In this document: piece after piece, positions 8,099 to 19,393 of the stretch
Layout of the letters: each line of letters starts with the position of its first letter
Numbering within the stretch: position 1 is the stretch's first letter
Origin: Serratia marcescens
GTDB lineage: Bacteria; Pseudomonadota; Gammaproteobacteria; Enterobacterales; Enterobacteriaceae
Direction of reading: 5' to 3'
DNA: 32,000 nucleotides
NCBI GenBank assembly: GCA_015548865.1
Contig: JADMXW010000012.1
Span: forward strand, 49,045 to 81,044
Program-made: the position numbers and the translations under genes
Notes under the pieces: model-generated
Databases searched by the model: none
What the model was told of the DNA's origin: nothing
The model's input: only the letters and a program-made list of their open reading frames with translations

Positions 8099-9256
8099 GT
8101 GAAAACAGCACCTCAACATGCGCCTTTAGCGCAATTTATTCAGGCGTTTCGGCATGATTTGCACCAGAACCCTGAATTATCAAACCAGGAATTTGAAACA
8201 ACCAAGAAGATTCGCGCCGTGTTGGAAAAGGAAGGTATTCGCATTCTGGACCTTCCGTTGAAAACCGGTCTGATCGCCGAAGTTGGGGGATTGCAGGAAG
8301 GTCCGCTGGTTATCGTGCGTTCTGATATTGATGCGTTGCCGATAGAGGAAGAGTCCGGCGTTGAGTTCACTTCTCAGCGCCAAGGTGTGATGCACGCTTG
8401 TGGTCATGATTTTCACTCTTCAGCCGCACTGGGTGCCGCCATTTTGTTGAAAGGGATCGAGTCTGAGTTAAAAGGCACGGTGCGCATTCTGTTTCAGGCG
8501 GCAGAAGAAACGGGGTTGGGTGCGCCAGAAGTGATTGCGACCGGTGCGCTGGATAACGCCGTGGCCATCTTTGGTATCCACAACGACCCCACGCTGCCCG
8601 TTGGCGTCGTGGGGGGCAAGGATGGTGCGTTGACAGCGGGTGTCGACCGTTTTGAAATCAAGATTGCCGCCAAAGGGTGTCATGCAGCTAAGCCCCATGA
8701 AGGTAACGATCCGATTATCATTCTGGGCCAGTTGATCAGTGCTGTGCAGACGATTATTAGCCGCACGGTGCCAGCGGATGATACCGCTGTGGTGTCAATC
8801 ACTCAGGTACACAGCGGCAGCACCTGGAACGTTATCCCAGATACTGCTTATGTGGAAGGCACTGTGCGTACTTTCAGCCAGGCGGCGCGCGATCTGATTG
8901 AACAGCGTTTCCGCCAGATTGTGGCGGGAATTGCCAGCACTTTTGGCGCTGAGCTGGAGTTTATTTGGCACGCGGGTCCGCCATCAGTGGTCAATACGCC
9001 TGAATGGGTTGATTTTGCCCTGCGTATTGCTGACGAAGAAGGCTTTGAAGCGCGCCGCGTGGATGCCAGTCCGATAGGGGAAGATTTTGCTTTCTATCAG
9101 CAGAAACTGCCGGGCACGTTTATGATGGTAGGCTCAGGCGGGCCTTACGCATTGCACCATCCTAAATTCCGTGTTGATGACAGCGCTTTATTTCCTACCG
9201 CACATTACCTCCATCAACTGGCGAAACAGAGCCTGGAACAACTGGCCTCTCGCTGA
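8099..9256 (+). CDS. M20 family amidohydrolase (YxeP-like N-acyl-amino-acid / N-acetylcysteine deacetylase inferred)
   Basis: M20D-type motifs (MHACGHDFH, AEE.G.GA). GTG 8099 preferred, with GGAGA 9 nt upstream. The track's GTG 8081 is an in-frame alternative. Confidence 0.85.
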   Translation: MKTAPQHAPLAQFIQAFRHDLHQNPELSNQEFETTKKIRAVLEKEGIRILDLPLKTGLIAEVGGLQEGPLVIVRSDIDALPIEEESGVEFTSQRQGVMHACGHDFHSSAALGAAILLKGIESELKGTVRILFQAAEETGLGAPEVIATGALDNAVAIFGIHNDPTLPVGVVGGKDGALTAGVDRFEIKIAAKGCHAAKPHEGNDPIIILGQLISAVQTIISRTVPADDTAVVSITQVHSGSTWNVIPDTAYVEGTVRTFSQAARDLIEQRFRQIVAGIASTFGAELEFIWHAGPPSVVNTPEWVDFALRIADEEGFEARRVDASPIGEDFAFYQQKLPGTFMMVGSGGPYALHHPKFRVDDSALFPTAHYLHQLAKQSLEQLASR

Positions 9257-9359
9257 TATTTCCTCCGTGCCGTATTCACGGCGCGGAGAGTTCAATCATA
9301 CCCAGTATATCCCCTAAATAATTTAGTCTGCATTCCTCTTTTTATTTAAGCAAAACAGC

Positions 9360-9614
9360 TATACCCGTCATACTTCAAGTTGCAGGTGCGTTGGCTGCAC
9401 TCATTATTCGGCCCATCCCTGGACCTCACCTCTTACGAGGCCGCCGCATGCGGCGTTCAAATTTGTTCCAGACAAATTTGTCACCCGAATCACTTACCTG
9501 AGTAAGCTCACCGGGATTGATGAATCTCATCCCTGATATTCACCTTACGGGCCAGCGCAGGTGCTGTTCAAAACGTAAACGTTTTGTCCTGCAACTCAAA
9601 TTATTTAGGGTATA
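9360..9614. repeat. ERIC element carrying two internal insertions (255 bp)
   Basis: Alignment by eye to the 3381-3507 copy shows conserved termini and core, interrupted by about 80-bp and about 68-bp inserts. Each insert contains its own palindromes (GCCGCATGCGGC; CAAATTTGT..ACAAATTTG). Confidence 0.85.
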
Positions 9615-9770
9615 AATACCTTTCATTTCTCTATTGATATTTCTCTTTCATAGGTTAAACACAAGTTAAACGATGTGTCATTCATCATGCCAATTTATGT
9701 CTGTGGAATGAACCAATAATGCAATTCTATGCCGAAGTGTAAGAAATCTGTATTGAAAGGAATCGAAGTG

Positions 9771-10118
9771 AAAATTAAATTTATATTGTTATTTGCCACT
9801 CTCATGCTCTCTGGTTGCACGACGCAATGGGTTAAAAATAGCGCAAATGCTGAGGATTTTACGATATCAAAAGGTGCCTGCGAAGCATTGAGTGAAGACA
9901 AATATCCGGTGAAAAATGAGGTGGCACAAAGAACACAGTACACATCCTACTATTTGCCATGTGGAAAGAGAGACGACTGTAAAAACGAAAAATATATTTC
10001 TGGGCGACGACCGGAAATACAAAGCTACGTGATGGATGTGAATAAAGATAGTCGTCAAGGGCTTTTCAATCAGTGCATGAAATTGAGAGGGTGGTCATCG
10101 GAGACAAAGTGGTTCTAA
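9771..10118 (+). CDS. Small Cys-rich lipoprotein of unknown function
   Basis: Lipobox MLSGC. GTG 9771 preceded by AAGGA at 6 nt; the track start 9729 is an in-frame alternative. AT-rich codon usage unlike its neighbours. Confidence 0.6.
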   Translation, partial: KIKFILLFATLMLSGCTTQWVKNSANAEDFTISKGACEALSEDKYPVKNEVAQRTQYTSYYLPCGKRDDCKNEKYISGRRPEIQSYVMDVNKDSRQGLFNQCMKLRGWSSETKWF

Positions 10119-10146
10119 TAGGAAAATAATATTTAAAAGGAATAAT

Positions 10147-11691
10147 ATGAATAGCCTGCAACGTTTTCTTTTTCTATATAGTTTGTTGTGCTTAAGCCCC
10201 GCTTTTGCCATGAATGCTCCGCCATCTATGCCAGAGCATTCTCAGGCGCAGAGTGATGTTGCCTTGAGCGAAGGTAAAGTGAGGATTAACCAGGTCAATC
10301 TTGACTATCATACCGAAGCGGGCAATCTGGCGTTGAATACAGACGATCCTGACGAACCTGTCACCACATTGTCCTATGTTGCCTACTTCAAGATGATGGA
10401 TAAGAAAGAGAAGAAGGACAATCGACCGATCACTTTTATCTATAATGGTGGCCCCGGTTCCTCTTCTGTTTGGCTGCATATGGGCGGGTTGGGGCCGAAG
10501 CGGGTAGTCGTCAGCACGCCGGACAAGCACGCTTTACCGCCTTATCCTGTTATCGACAACGCCTATTCTCTGCTTGATGTCAGCGATCTGGTGTTTATCG
10601 ATGCGCCCGGTACCGGATTTGGGCAGTTTATTAGCCATGCTGCTAATGCTCAGGAGCGGCAGTCGCAAAAGTATCAAAAGGCGAATGAAGCTTACAGTAT
10701 TAATGGGGATGCTCAGGCATTTGCCCAGTTTATCACTCAGTTCCTGAGCCGCTATCAGCGCTGGAATACCCCGCGATACCTGCTGGGTGAGAGTTATGGT
10801 ACTACCCGCACGGTTGCATTGGCTGACACACTGAAAACGCGTTATAACGTGGATGTTAACGGCATTATTCTGTTGTCGCAGTTTCTGAGTCGAGACATTG
10901 ATATCGATTTTCCGGAAGCCAATCCCGGCATCGACCAACCTTATTACCTGGCACTACCAACCTATGCGGCTATCGCCCACTATTATCTGCGTCAGCAGCA
11001 GAGCAATGGGCCTCTGGACAATTTGCTACGTGAAGTTGAGCAGTTTTCTCTTGGTCCTTATGCCCAGGCGCTTGCTCAAGGAGGCGTGTTGCCAGAAAAG
11101 CAGAAAGGTGAGGTGGCTGAACAACTTGCCCGCTATACAGGGATACCCGCGCGGGAGTGGCTTAATGCTGATTTACGCCTTTCAGGACCGCTGTTCGTCA
11201 AAAAACTGCTGACAGAGCAGGGTGAAACTATCAGCCGCTTTGATGGTCGCTATCGGGGTGCATCGCTAGATAAAACAGCCTCCTGGGGCGAATACGATCC
11301 TGTTATGACAATCGGTTCAGGGTTTATTTCTGCATACCGAGATTATCTGGCACAGGTATTGAACGTGAAGACGGTACAAGACTATGTTTCTGACTCGAAT
11401 GCGATTTCTCATTGGGATATGGCACCAAAAAACCGTTCTTTTAATCTGCTGCCTGAGCTGTCTCAAACCATGAAGATGAATCCACGCATGAAAGTCATGG
11501 TGCTCGGCGGTATTTACGATCTGGCGACACCTTATTTTGTCGCACAATATCATCTCAATCATCTTTCTTTGCCCGAAAAGCTCCGCGCTAATTTGCAGTT
11601 CCTCAGGTATGAATCAGGACATTTACCGTATCTTGATGAAAGGTCCCTGCAACGGCTACATCAGGATCTTAGTGCCTTCATTGCGGGATAA
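10147..11691 (+). CDS. Secreted peptidase S10 family serine carboxypeptidase
   Basis: 514-aa ORF with an N-terminal signal peptide (LSPAFA). Catalytic Ser motif GESYG and C-terminal His motif ESGHLPY. RBS AAGGAA upstream. Confidence 0.8.
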   Translation: MNSLQRFLFLYSLLCLSPAFAMNAPPSMPEHSQAQSDVALSEGKVRINQVNLDYHTEAGNLALNTDDPDEPVTTLSYVAYFKMMDKKEKKDNRPITFIYNGGPGSSSVWLHMGGLGPKRVVVSTPDKHALPPYPVIDNAYSLLDVSDLVFIDAPGTGFGQFISHAANAQERQSQKYQKANEAYSINGDAQAFAQFITQFLSRYQRWNTPRYLLGESYGTTRTVALADTLKTRYNVDVNGIILLSQFLSRDIDIDFPEANPGIDQPYYLALPTYAAIAHYYLRQQQSNGPLDNLLREVEQFSLGPYAQALAQGGVLPEKQKGEVAEQLARYTGIPAREWLNADLRLSGPLFVKKLLTEQGETISRFDGRYRGASLDKTASWGEYDPVMTIGSGFISAYRDYLAQVLNVKTVQDYVSDSNAISHWDMAPKNRSFNLLPELSQTMKMNPRMKVMVLGGIYDLATPYFVAQYHLNHLSLPEKLRANLQFLRYESGHLPYLDERSLQRLHQDLSAFIAG

Positions 11692-11730
11692 TTCAGCAGA
11701 TTGTCGGAAAAAAGCGACAGATCCTATGTT

Positions 11731-11756
11731 TATATGTCTCCATTCGGAGACATATA
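11731..11756 (+). terminator. Hairpin downstream of the S10 peptidase gene
   Basis: Perfect 11-bp stem TATATGTCTCC / GGAGACATATA with loop ATTC. No clear T-run follows, so terminator function is uncertain. Confidence 0.4.
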
Positions 11757-12175
11757 ACATTATGAAAATAATGACTAAGTGTTAAGTCTCAAAGTTATGT
11801 TGCTATATGGAGACAGTATGATGGAGATCACATAGCGTCAAGCTGCGGTGCTCAAACATTACCTTGTGAAAATATAAACCTTAAAGTTCATATTTTTCAA
11901 TTGATTGAATCATTCACTGCCTTTCTGTCTCGGAGTGAAACTATATTGGCATGATTTATGCTATTATAGGGGTGTAGATGCTCATTCCATCTTCTATGTT
12001 TGCTTCGGCTTCATAATCCTGGGAATGATGCAGAGCCATTTATGGGTGCCTATCGTCCACCTCCAGATGACGTTGTGGTTGGCAGTTTTACTGCATTTCA
12101 CAACACCATCGGATATTTCGGACACAACGTTGAGTGAGGCACACCACTGCAGTCTTTTATGACCTGATCTTATTC

Positions 12176-12209
12176 AACGCTTGCCGTTTATTGGCAAGCG
12201 TTTTTTTTA
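12176..12209 (+). terminator. Rho-independent terminator, plus-strand orientation
   Basis: 10-bp stem AACGCTTGCC / GGCAAGCGTT with loop GTTTATT, followed by an 8-T run. No confidently called plus-strand gene lies upstream of it. Confidence 0.7.
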
Positions 12210-12217
12210 CACCATTT

Positions 12218-12862
<645 letters not shown>

Positions 12863-12898
12863 CTATGCTGAGGACAGGCTTTCATTCGGAGAACTATC

Positions 12899-13903
12899 AT
12901 GGAAAACATTGCGCTCATTGGTATCGATCTGGGTAAAAACTCTTTCCATATTCATTGCCAGGATCGTCGCGGGAAGGCTGTTTACCGTAAAAAATTTACC
13001 CGGCCAAAGTTGATCGAATTTTTGGCGACATGCCCCGCTACAACCATCGCAATGGAAGCCTGTGGCGGTTCTCACTTTATGGCACGCAAGTTGGAAGAGT
13101 TGGGGCATTCCCCAAAGCTGATATCACCACAATTTGTCCGCCCGTTCGTTAAAAGCAATAAAAACGACTTTGTCGACGCCGAAGCTATTTGTGAAGCTGC
13201 ATCGCGTCCGTCTATGCGTTTTGTGCAGCCCAGAACGGAATCTCAGCAGGCAATGCGGGCTCTGCATCGTGTCCGTGAATCCCTGGTTCAGGATAAGGTA
13301 AAAACAACCAATCAAATGCATGCTTTTCTGCTGGAATTTGGCATTAGCGTTCCCCGAGGAGCTGCCGTTATTAGCCGACTGAGTACCATTCTTGAGGATA
13401 ATAGTTTGCCTCTTTACCTCAGCCAGTTATTGCTGAAATTACAACAGCATTATCACTATCTTGTTGAGCAGATTAAAGATTTGGAATCCCAGTTGAAACG
13501 AAAGTTGGACGAAGATGAGGTTGGACAGCGCTTGCTGAGCATTCCCTGCGTCGGAACACTGACAGCGAGTACTATTTCAACTGAGATTGGCGACGGGAAG
13601 CAGTACGCCAGCAGCCGTGACTTTGCGGCGGCAACAGGGCTTGTACCTCGGCAGTACAGCACGGGAGGTAGGACGACATTGCTGGGAATTAGTAAGCGAG
13701 GTAATAAAAAGATCCGAACTTTGTTGGTTCAGTGTGCCAGGGTATTCATACAAAAACTGGAACACCAGTCTGGCAAATTGGCCGATTGGGTCAGGGATTT
13801 ACTGTGCCGGAAAAGCAACTTTGTCGTCACTTGTGCTCTGGCAAACAAGCTGGCCAGAATAGCCTGGGCCCTAACGGCACGACAGCAAACTTATGTAGCA
13901 TAA
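12899..13903 (+). CDS. IS110 family DEDD transposase/recombinase
   Basis: 334 aa. N-terminal RuvC-like DEDD motifs (IGIDLGK, MEACGG, FVDAEAI). C-terminal Transposase_20-like region (SIPCVGTLTAS..., LVPRQYSTGG, ISKRGNKKIR). RBS GGAGA 6 nt upstream. Confidence 0.9.
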   Translation: MENIALIGIDLGKNSFHIHCQDRRGKAVYRKKFTRPKLIEFLATCPATTIAMEACGGSHFMARKLEELGHSPKLISPQFVRPFVKSNKNDFVDAEAICEAASRPSMRFVQPRTESQQAMRALHRVRESLVQDKVKTTNQMHAFLLEFGISVPRGAAVISRLSTILEDNSLPLYLSQLLLKLQQHYHYLVEQIKDLESQLKRKLDEDEVGQRLLSIPCVGTLTASTISTEIGDGKQYASSRDFAAATGLVPRQYSTGGRTTLLGISKRGNKKIRTLLVQCARVFIQKLEHQSGKLADWVRDLLCRKSNFVVTCALANKLARIAWALTARQQTYVA

Positions 13904-15028
<1,125 letters not shown>

Positions 15029-15083
15029 ACTGCGTAATAGCATAATAGCCTGTTTCTTTAGCTAATTTTACTTACGGGGATAA

Positions 15084-15108
15084 CGCTGCCCCAGAGAGTG
15101 GGGCAGCG
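15084..15108 (-). terminator. Hairpin downstream of hemY
   Basis: 10-bp stem CGCTGCCCCA / TGGGGCAGCG with a 5-nt loop, 8 nt after the hemY stop. The U-tract on the minus strand is weak. Confidence 0.5.
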
Positions 15109-15115
15109 AAAGAGA

Positions 15116-16306
15116 CTAAGACGGTGCTTGTAATGTGAGTAAAAGCCCTTCACGACGCATTTGAGCCGCTTGTTCCGGCAATCGCAGGTGATCAAAGGCA
15201 TCGGCACGCCAAGCGTAATCAAAGGCATCCGGGCGCAAAGCCAACGCAGCGGCAAATGCATCGCTTGCCTGCTGCCATTCCCCCTGCTTCAGCATTAACT
15301 GCCCCAGCGTACTGTGCAGTAATGCGCTGTCACCATGTTGTTTAAGCAACTGGCGCAATACCTTTTCCAAGGGGGCGGGCTCGCCTGCGTCTAAGCGTGG
15401 CATCAGTAGCACCAATCGCTCATCGTAGTGGTGTTTCAAGCCGTCAATGACGATTTGCTGAGCGGTTTGGTGATCGTCACACGCGATCAGGTGCTCCGCC
15501 ATAGCCACCTGTAATGGCAAGTCTTGCCGTACTTTACGGCTTTGCTCCTTCCACCACTGCTTCAGACCCTCGCTGCCGCCTTCTGCCATAGCCTGTTCCA
15601 TCAGGCCGAGTAGGGCGGATTGACGCAACGCTTCCAGCTCCTCCTCGGTTCGGATCTTGGTTTTGCGCATGGCTGGCAGAATATCCAACAGTGCGCCGTA
15701 GGCGTGAGTACGTTGGAACGCCAGTTCAGCCAACCGCAACACTTCAGGGTGGCGTGGTGCGTATTCCAGCAGGCGATCGACGCCGTGGCGTGCGGCGTGG
15801 TCCTCGTTACGGGCCAGTTGGATACGCACACGGGTAATGTCTACCGGCAATTGGTCAGTATCAGCCATTTCGGCTGCTCGCTCCAGATACTGTCGGGTAC
15901 GGAACTCGTCACCACGTTGCTGAGCAGCTTCGGCAGCCAGCAGATAATTCACGACTGGTTGTTCTGCATGATCGGCATTGCGTGTCAGCAGTTTTTCTAC
16001 TTGGAGATAATCGCCTTCAGCCAGTTTGAGCAGGGCTGCTTTGGTCTGTTTTCTGGCGCGCGTACGTTTGCGTCCCAGAAACCAGCCGCGGGTGCGCGCA
16101 CCGGTATGAAACACGCGGCGCAGCAGCCACTCTAGCGAAAACAGCACGATCAGTAACAGGACCAGCATGATCGCCAGTCCTGTAACGCTGGTTTCGATAT
16201 TGTAGGTGTCGGTTTGCACCAGTACATAACCCTGACGCCCGGCGAGCATTGGGCCGAGCACCACGCCAGCAATAAGGATCAGGAACAAGAACAGCACTTT
16301 CAGCAT
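15116..16306 (-). CDS. hemY: HemY protein (TPR-containing inner-membrane protein of the hem operon)
   Basis: 396 aa. N-terminal TM segments and a TPR-like C-terminal region. Last gene of the hemCDXY arrangement. Confidence 0.9.
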   Translation of the reverse strand: MLKVLFLFLILIAGVVLGPMLAGRQGYVLVQTDTYNIETSVTGLAIMLVLLLIVLFSLEWLLRRVFHTGARTRGWFLGRKRTRARKQTKAALLKLAEGDYLQVEKLLTRNADHAEQPVVNYLLAAEAAQQRGDEFRTRQYLERAAEMADTDQLPVDITRVRIQLARNEDHAARHGVDRLLEYAPRHPEVLRLAELAFQRTHAYGALLDILPAMRKTKIRTEEELEALRQSALLGLMEQAMAEGGSEGLKQWWKEQSRKVRQDLPLQVAMAEHLIACDDHQTAQQIVIDGLKHHYDERLVLLMPRLDAGEPAPLEKVLRQLLKQHGDSALLHSTLGQLMLKQGEWQQASDAFAAALALRPDAFDYAWRADAFDHLRLPEQAAQMRREGLLLTLQAPS

Positions 16307-16308
16307 GA

Positions 16309-17454
16309 TCAGCCCTCCTGTTGCTGCGCAGGCGATTGTGCCAGCAAATTACGCACTCGCGTTTGCATTAATTTTTCCAGCAGCGGCTGGCTTTGCAGCG
16401 TAGTAGGAACATCCAGAGAGACGGGCTGCTGGCTTAAGCTATCAACCTGTTCTAAAAAGGCTTTTGTGCCTGGATCACTGGTATCAAAATAGGCACGAAC
16501 CCAGGTGGATACCGCTTCCAGTGACTGTTTATATGTCTCGTTCTGATGACGCGGTACGGCTTGGGCGGCGGTTAGCAGGCGTGCACGTATGTTTTCGCGC
16601 AGGTAGAAATCCTGATTCGGCGCCAGCAGCGGCTCTGCATTGCTGTCGCGACGGCGAATGGTAATAAAGTCAGACATAAAGTTGTGCCAGCTTTTACTCA
16701 GGTTCTGCCGCCATTCGCTGAGGGTGGCTGAAAGCTCGCCGTCAGTTTCATCCATAGGTGCGTCATCGTCCTGGGTGTTATCCGCTAACCGTAGATTGTC
16801 GACTTGATCGGTTAGCTGATTTACACGCAGGATGATACCGTCGAAGTCTACCTGGCTGACGGAGGCCAACGCACTGATATCATTGGCGATGGCTCGGCGC
16901 AGTTCAAGCAGGCTAGGGTCGTTCATGTCAGCCAGACTGCCATCGGCGCTTTTCAGGAGCGCACCCGCGGTGAGTACGTCTTTGTCACTCCAGAGTTTAC
17001 GCCCAGCCAGTTTGACCAGAAAATCTGCCTGTGCCAGTAGCCACGTGCTGGTGTCATGATTGGAAAGGGCCGCCAGTTTCTGGCTGAGTTCGCTGGATTC
17101 GCGGGTGACCACGCTGAGCTGGTGCGCGGTGCTGTCCTGCCACTGTTTTTGTTGCGCAAGTGCTGCTTGCCACACCGTTTTTTCCTGCTGATACTGCTGC
17201 TGTAGCGTCGTTAACTCACCCTTCAACTGCGCCACGGATGCGGCGTTTTGCTTCTCCTGCTGCTGTCCGAGGTAGTAAACACTTCCGCTCAGCAGCAATG
17301 CGATAACAATAGCAAGTCCACCCAGCACGCGACCATTTCCCGCATTATCCCGGCGCGGCACATCTTGTGACGTGGCGTCGGATTGTGAAAATGTGGCGTC
17401 AGGGCGCTCCGTCACCGTTTCCGATGGGGTTGAAGGGGTATGGTGTTCCGTCAT
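16309..17454 (-). CDS. hemX: HemX protein (often annotated as putative uroporphyrinogen-III C-methyltransferase)
   Basis: 381 aa with one TM segment and a Q-rich coiled region. Lies between hemD and hemY. Confidence 0.88.
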   Translation of the reverse strand: MTEHHTPSTPSETVTERPDATFSQSDATSQDVPRRDNAGNGRVLGGLAIVIALLLSGSVYYLGQQQEKQNAASVAQLKGELTTLQQQYQQEKTVWQAALAQQKQWQDSTAHQLSVVTRESSELSQKLAALSNHDTSTWLLAQADFLVKLAGRKLWSDKDVLTAGALLKSADGSLADMNDPSLLELRRAIANDISALASVSQVDFDGIILRVNQLTDQVDNLRLADNTQDDDAPMDETDGELSATLSEWRQNLSKSWHNFMSDFITIRRRDSNAEPLLAPNQDFYLRENIRARLLTAAQAVPRHQNETYKQSLEAVSTWVRAYFDTSDPGTKAFLEQVDSLSQQPVSLDVPTTLQSQPLLEKLMQTRVRNLLAQSPAQQQEG

Positions 17455-17500
17455 AATGGGTCATCCCATGGTCTGGTTTGTTGTACGGTTGGCTGTACGG

Positions 17501-18241
17501 TCAGGATAACAAACGCACAAGCGCGTCATTATCGGCATTGTCCGCGATAAGCACGTCACGCCAGCCAAGCTGACGTGCTTCATGCGCCAGCCGTTCGCTA
17601 ACAACGATAACCTGGCAGTGGAGCAACCAGGATTCGCGATAATAATTTGGCACCAGCGCATACAGCTGGTGCAGCATATCGCCGCTGGTTATCACCAAAC
17701 GATCGATACCAAGCTGCTGCCAATGTCGGCTCTGTTCCGGCCCATCATAATAGACCGGACTACGCTGATAACATTCACAATAACTAACCTGTGCTCCGCG
17801 TTCTGCGAGTGTTGTGGCCAGCAGTTCTCTTCCGCCATTCCCTCGTAATAATAGCGCGTTTTTGCCGCTAATATTTTGTAATTCTGGTAGTTGCAGCAGC
17901 ATTTCGCTGGTTTCACGTTCTGGTGGGAAGGCAACGGCGCGAGAGGTAACCTGATGCAGCGCCAGTGCGGTGGTACGTCCGATGGCGTAATAGACCGGGG
18001 CGGAGGGCCAGGGTAACCTTGCTTGAGCGAGTGCGGCGGCGGCATAGCGCACGGCATGTTGAGACAGCGCGATAAGAATGTCGCTCTCTCGCAATACTGC
18101 CAGTCGCGCTGGCAGTGAGGACAATTCACCGCCGGGAGAAAAATCGATCAGCGGGCTGTGGCAGGCTGGATGGCCGAGTTTGCGCAGCCTCTCCACCAAC
18201 GCCTCCCCCGCAGGTGACGGGCGGGTCACCAGAATGGTCAT
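17501..18241 (-). CDS. hemD: Uroporphyrinogen-III synthase
   Basis: 246 aa starting [13 protein letters not shown]. The ATGA start overlaps the hemC stop. Confidence 0.9.
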   Translation of the reverse strand: MTILVTRPSPAGEALVERLRKLGHPACHSPLIDFSPGGELSSLPARLAVLRESDILIALSQHAVRYAAAALAQARLPWPSAPVYYAIGRTTALALHQVTSRAVAFPPERETSEMLLQLPELQNISGKNALLLRGNGGRELLATTLAERGAQVSYCECYQRSPVYYDGPEQSRHWQQLGIDRLVITSGDMLHQLYALVPNYYRESWLLHCQVIVVSERLAHEARQLGWRDVLIADNADNDALVRLLS

Positions 18242-19176
18242 GAACCAGCGCCCTGATAAACGGCGTGCAGAATAGCGTCTGCGCCGTTGGCTAACAGCTC
18301 TTCAGCCAGATCGATACCCATGCGTTTCGCCTCGCTGGCAGGGCCGATGCGCTCACCGCGAATCATCTTGCTGCCATCCGGTGCGCCAACCAAGGCTCTT
18401 AGCCAGAGTTGCCCCGCATTGAGTTCAGCATAACTGCCTATCGGGACCTGGCAGCCACCGTCGAGGCGGAGATTCATGGCGCGTTCAGCCAGAACACGGC
18501 AGGCGGTTTGTTCATGGTTAAGCGGTGCCAGCAGTTCGCGCACGCGGGCGTCATTTTCTCGGCATTCGATACCAATCGCGCCCTGACCCACGGCGGGCAG
18601 CGACTCTTCCGGGGTGAGCGGCGTGCGGATGCGTTCTGACAGATTCAGACGTGACAGCCCGGCAACGGCCAAAATAATAGCGTCATAGTCGCCGTTGTCT
18701 AGCTTGCTTAGGCGAGTTCCAACGTTGCCGCGCAAATCGCGGATAATCAGATCGGGGCGGCGGGCGCGTAATTGGCATTGGCGGCGCAAACTGGAGGTGC
18801 CGACGCAGCTTCCGAGCGGAAGATCGGCCACGCTGGCATACTGATTCGACACAAAGGCATCGCGCGGATCGTCACGCTCACAAATGGTATACAGACCCAG
18901 GCCATCGGGAAACGATACCGGTACATCCTTCATGGAGTGAACGGCGATATCCGCGCGGTCTTCCAACAAAGCACGCTCCAACTCTTTTACAAACAATCCC
19001 TTGCCACCAACTTTCGCCAGCGGCGTATCCAGGATGATGTCGCCGCGCGTGACCATGGGAATCAGTTCAACCTGCAAGCCCGGGTAGTACTGCTGCAACC
19101 GTTGCTGAACATATTGTGCTTGCCATAGCGCAAGTGGGCTTTGTCGGGTGGCAATTCTAAGGGTGTTGTCTACCAT
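18238..19176 (-). CDS. hemC: Hydroxymethylbilane synthase (porphobilinogen deaminase)
   Basis: Near-collinear with recalled E. coli HemC ([18 protein letters not shown]...). Start 19176 matches the E. coli N-terminus. The upstream in-frame ATG at 19197 is an alternative. Confidence 0.92.
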   Translation of the reverse strand: MVDNTLRIATRQSPLALWQAQYVQQRLQQYYPGLQVELIPMVTRGDIILDTPLAKVGGKGLFVKELERALLEDRADIAVHSMKDVPVSFPDGLGLYTICERDDPRDAFVSNQYASVADLPLGSCVGTSSLRRQCQLRARRPDLIIRDLRGNVGTRLSKLDNGDYDAIILAVAGLSRLNLSERIRTPLTPEESLPAVGQGAIGIECRENDARVRELLAPLNHEQTACRVLAERAMNLRLDGGCQVPIGSYAELNAGQLWLRALVGAPDGSKMIRGERIGPASEAKRMGIDLAEELLANGADAILHAVYQGAGS

Positions 19177-19393
19177 GCTTAATACCGTTTTTATCATTTA
19201 GCACCATCGTATCACTGAGGCGTGCAGGTGTCAGCGTTCCGGCGCTGAAGGTGCTGCATAGCGACAGGAAGATGCGCGTTTTCACCATAAGGTGTGAGGA
19301 TAGCGGGGTAATCATGCCAGAGAGCGAAGGGCAATAAGAGAAAGTAAGCTAATAGCAACTAACTTTCTTTAGTTTCTTTACGCTCAATGAGCA

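Noticed and set aside
11905-12162. 85-aa TTG-start ORF in the AT-rich spacer
   Set aside because: It has a weak start, no RBS and an implausible composition. I report the region as a finding because of the orphan terminator, but I do not call this ORF a gene.
16309-17454. Calling hemX an active uroporphyrinogen-III C-methyltransferase
   Set aside because: The sequence is a single-pass membrane protein with a Q-rich coiled region and no SAM-binding motif that I can see. The methyltransferase name is a legacy annotation, so I use only HemX.
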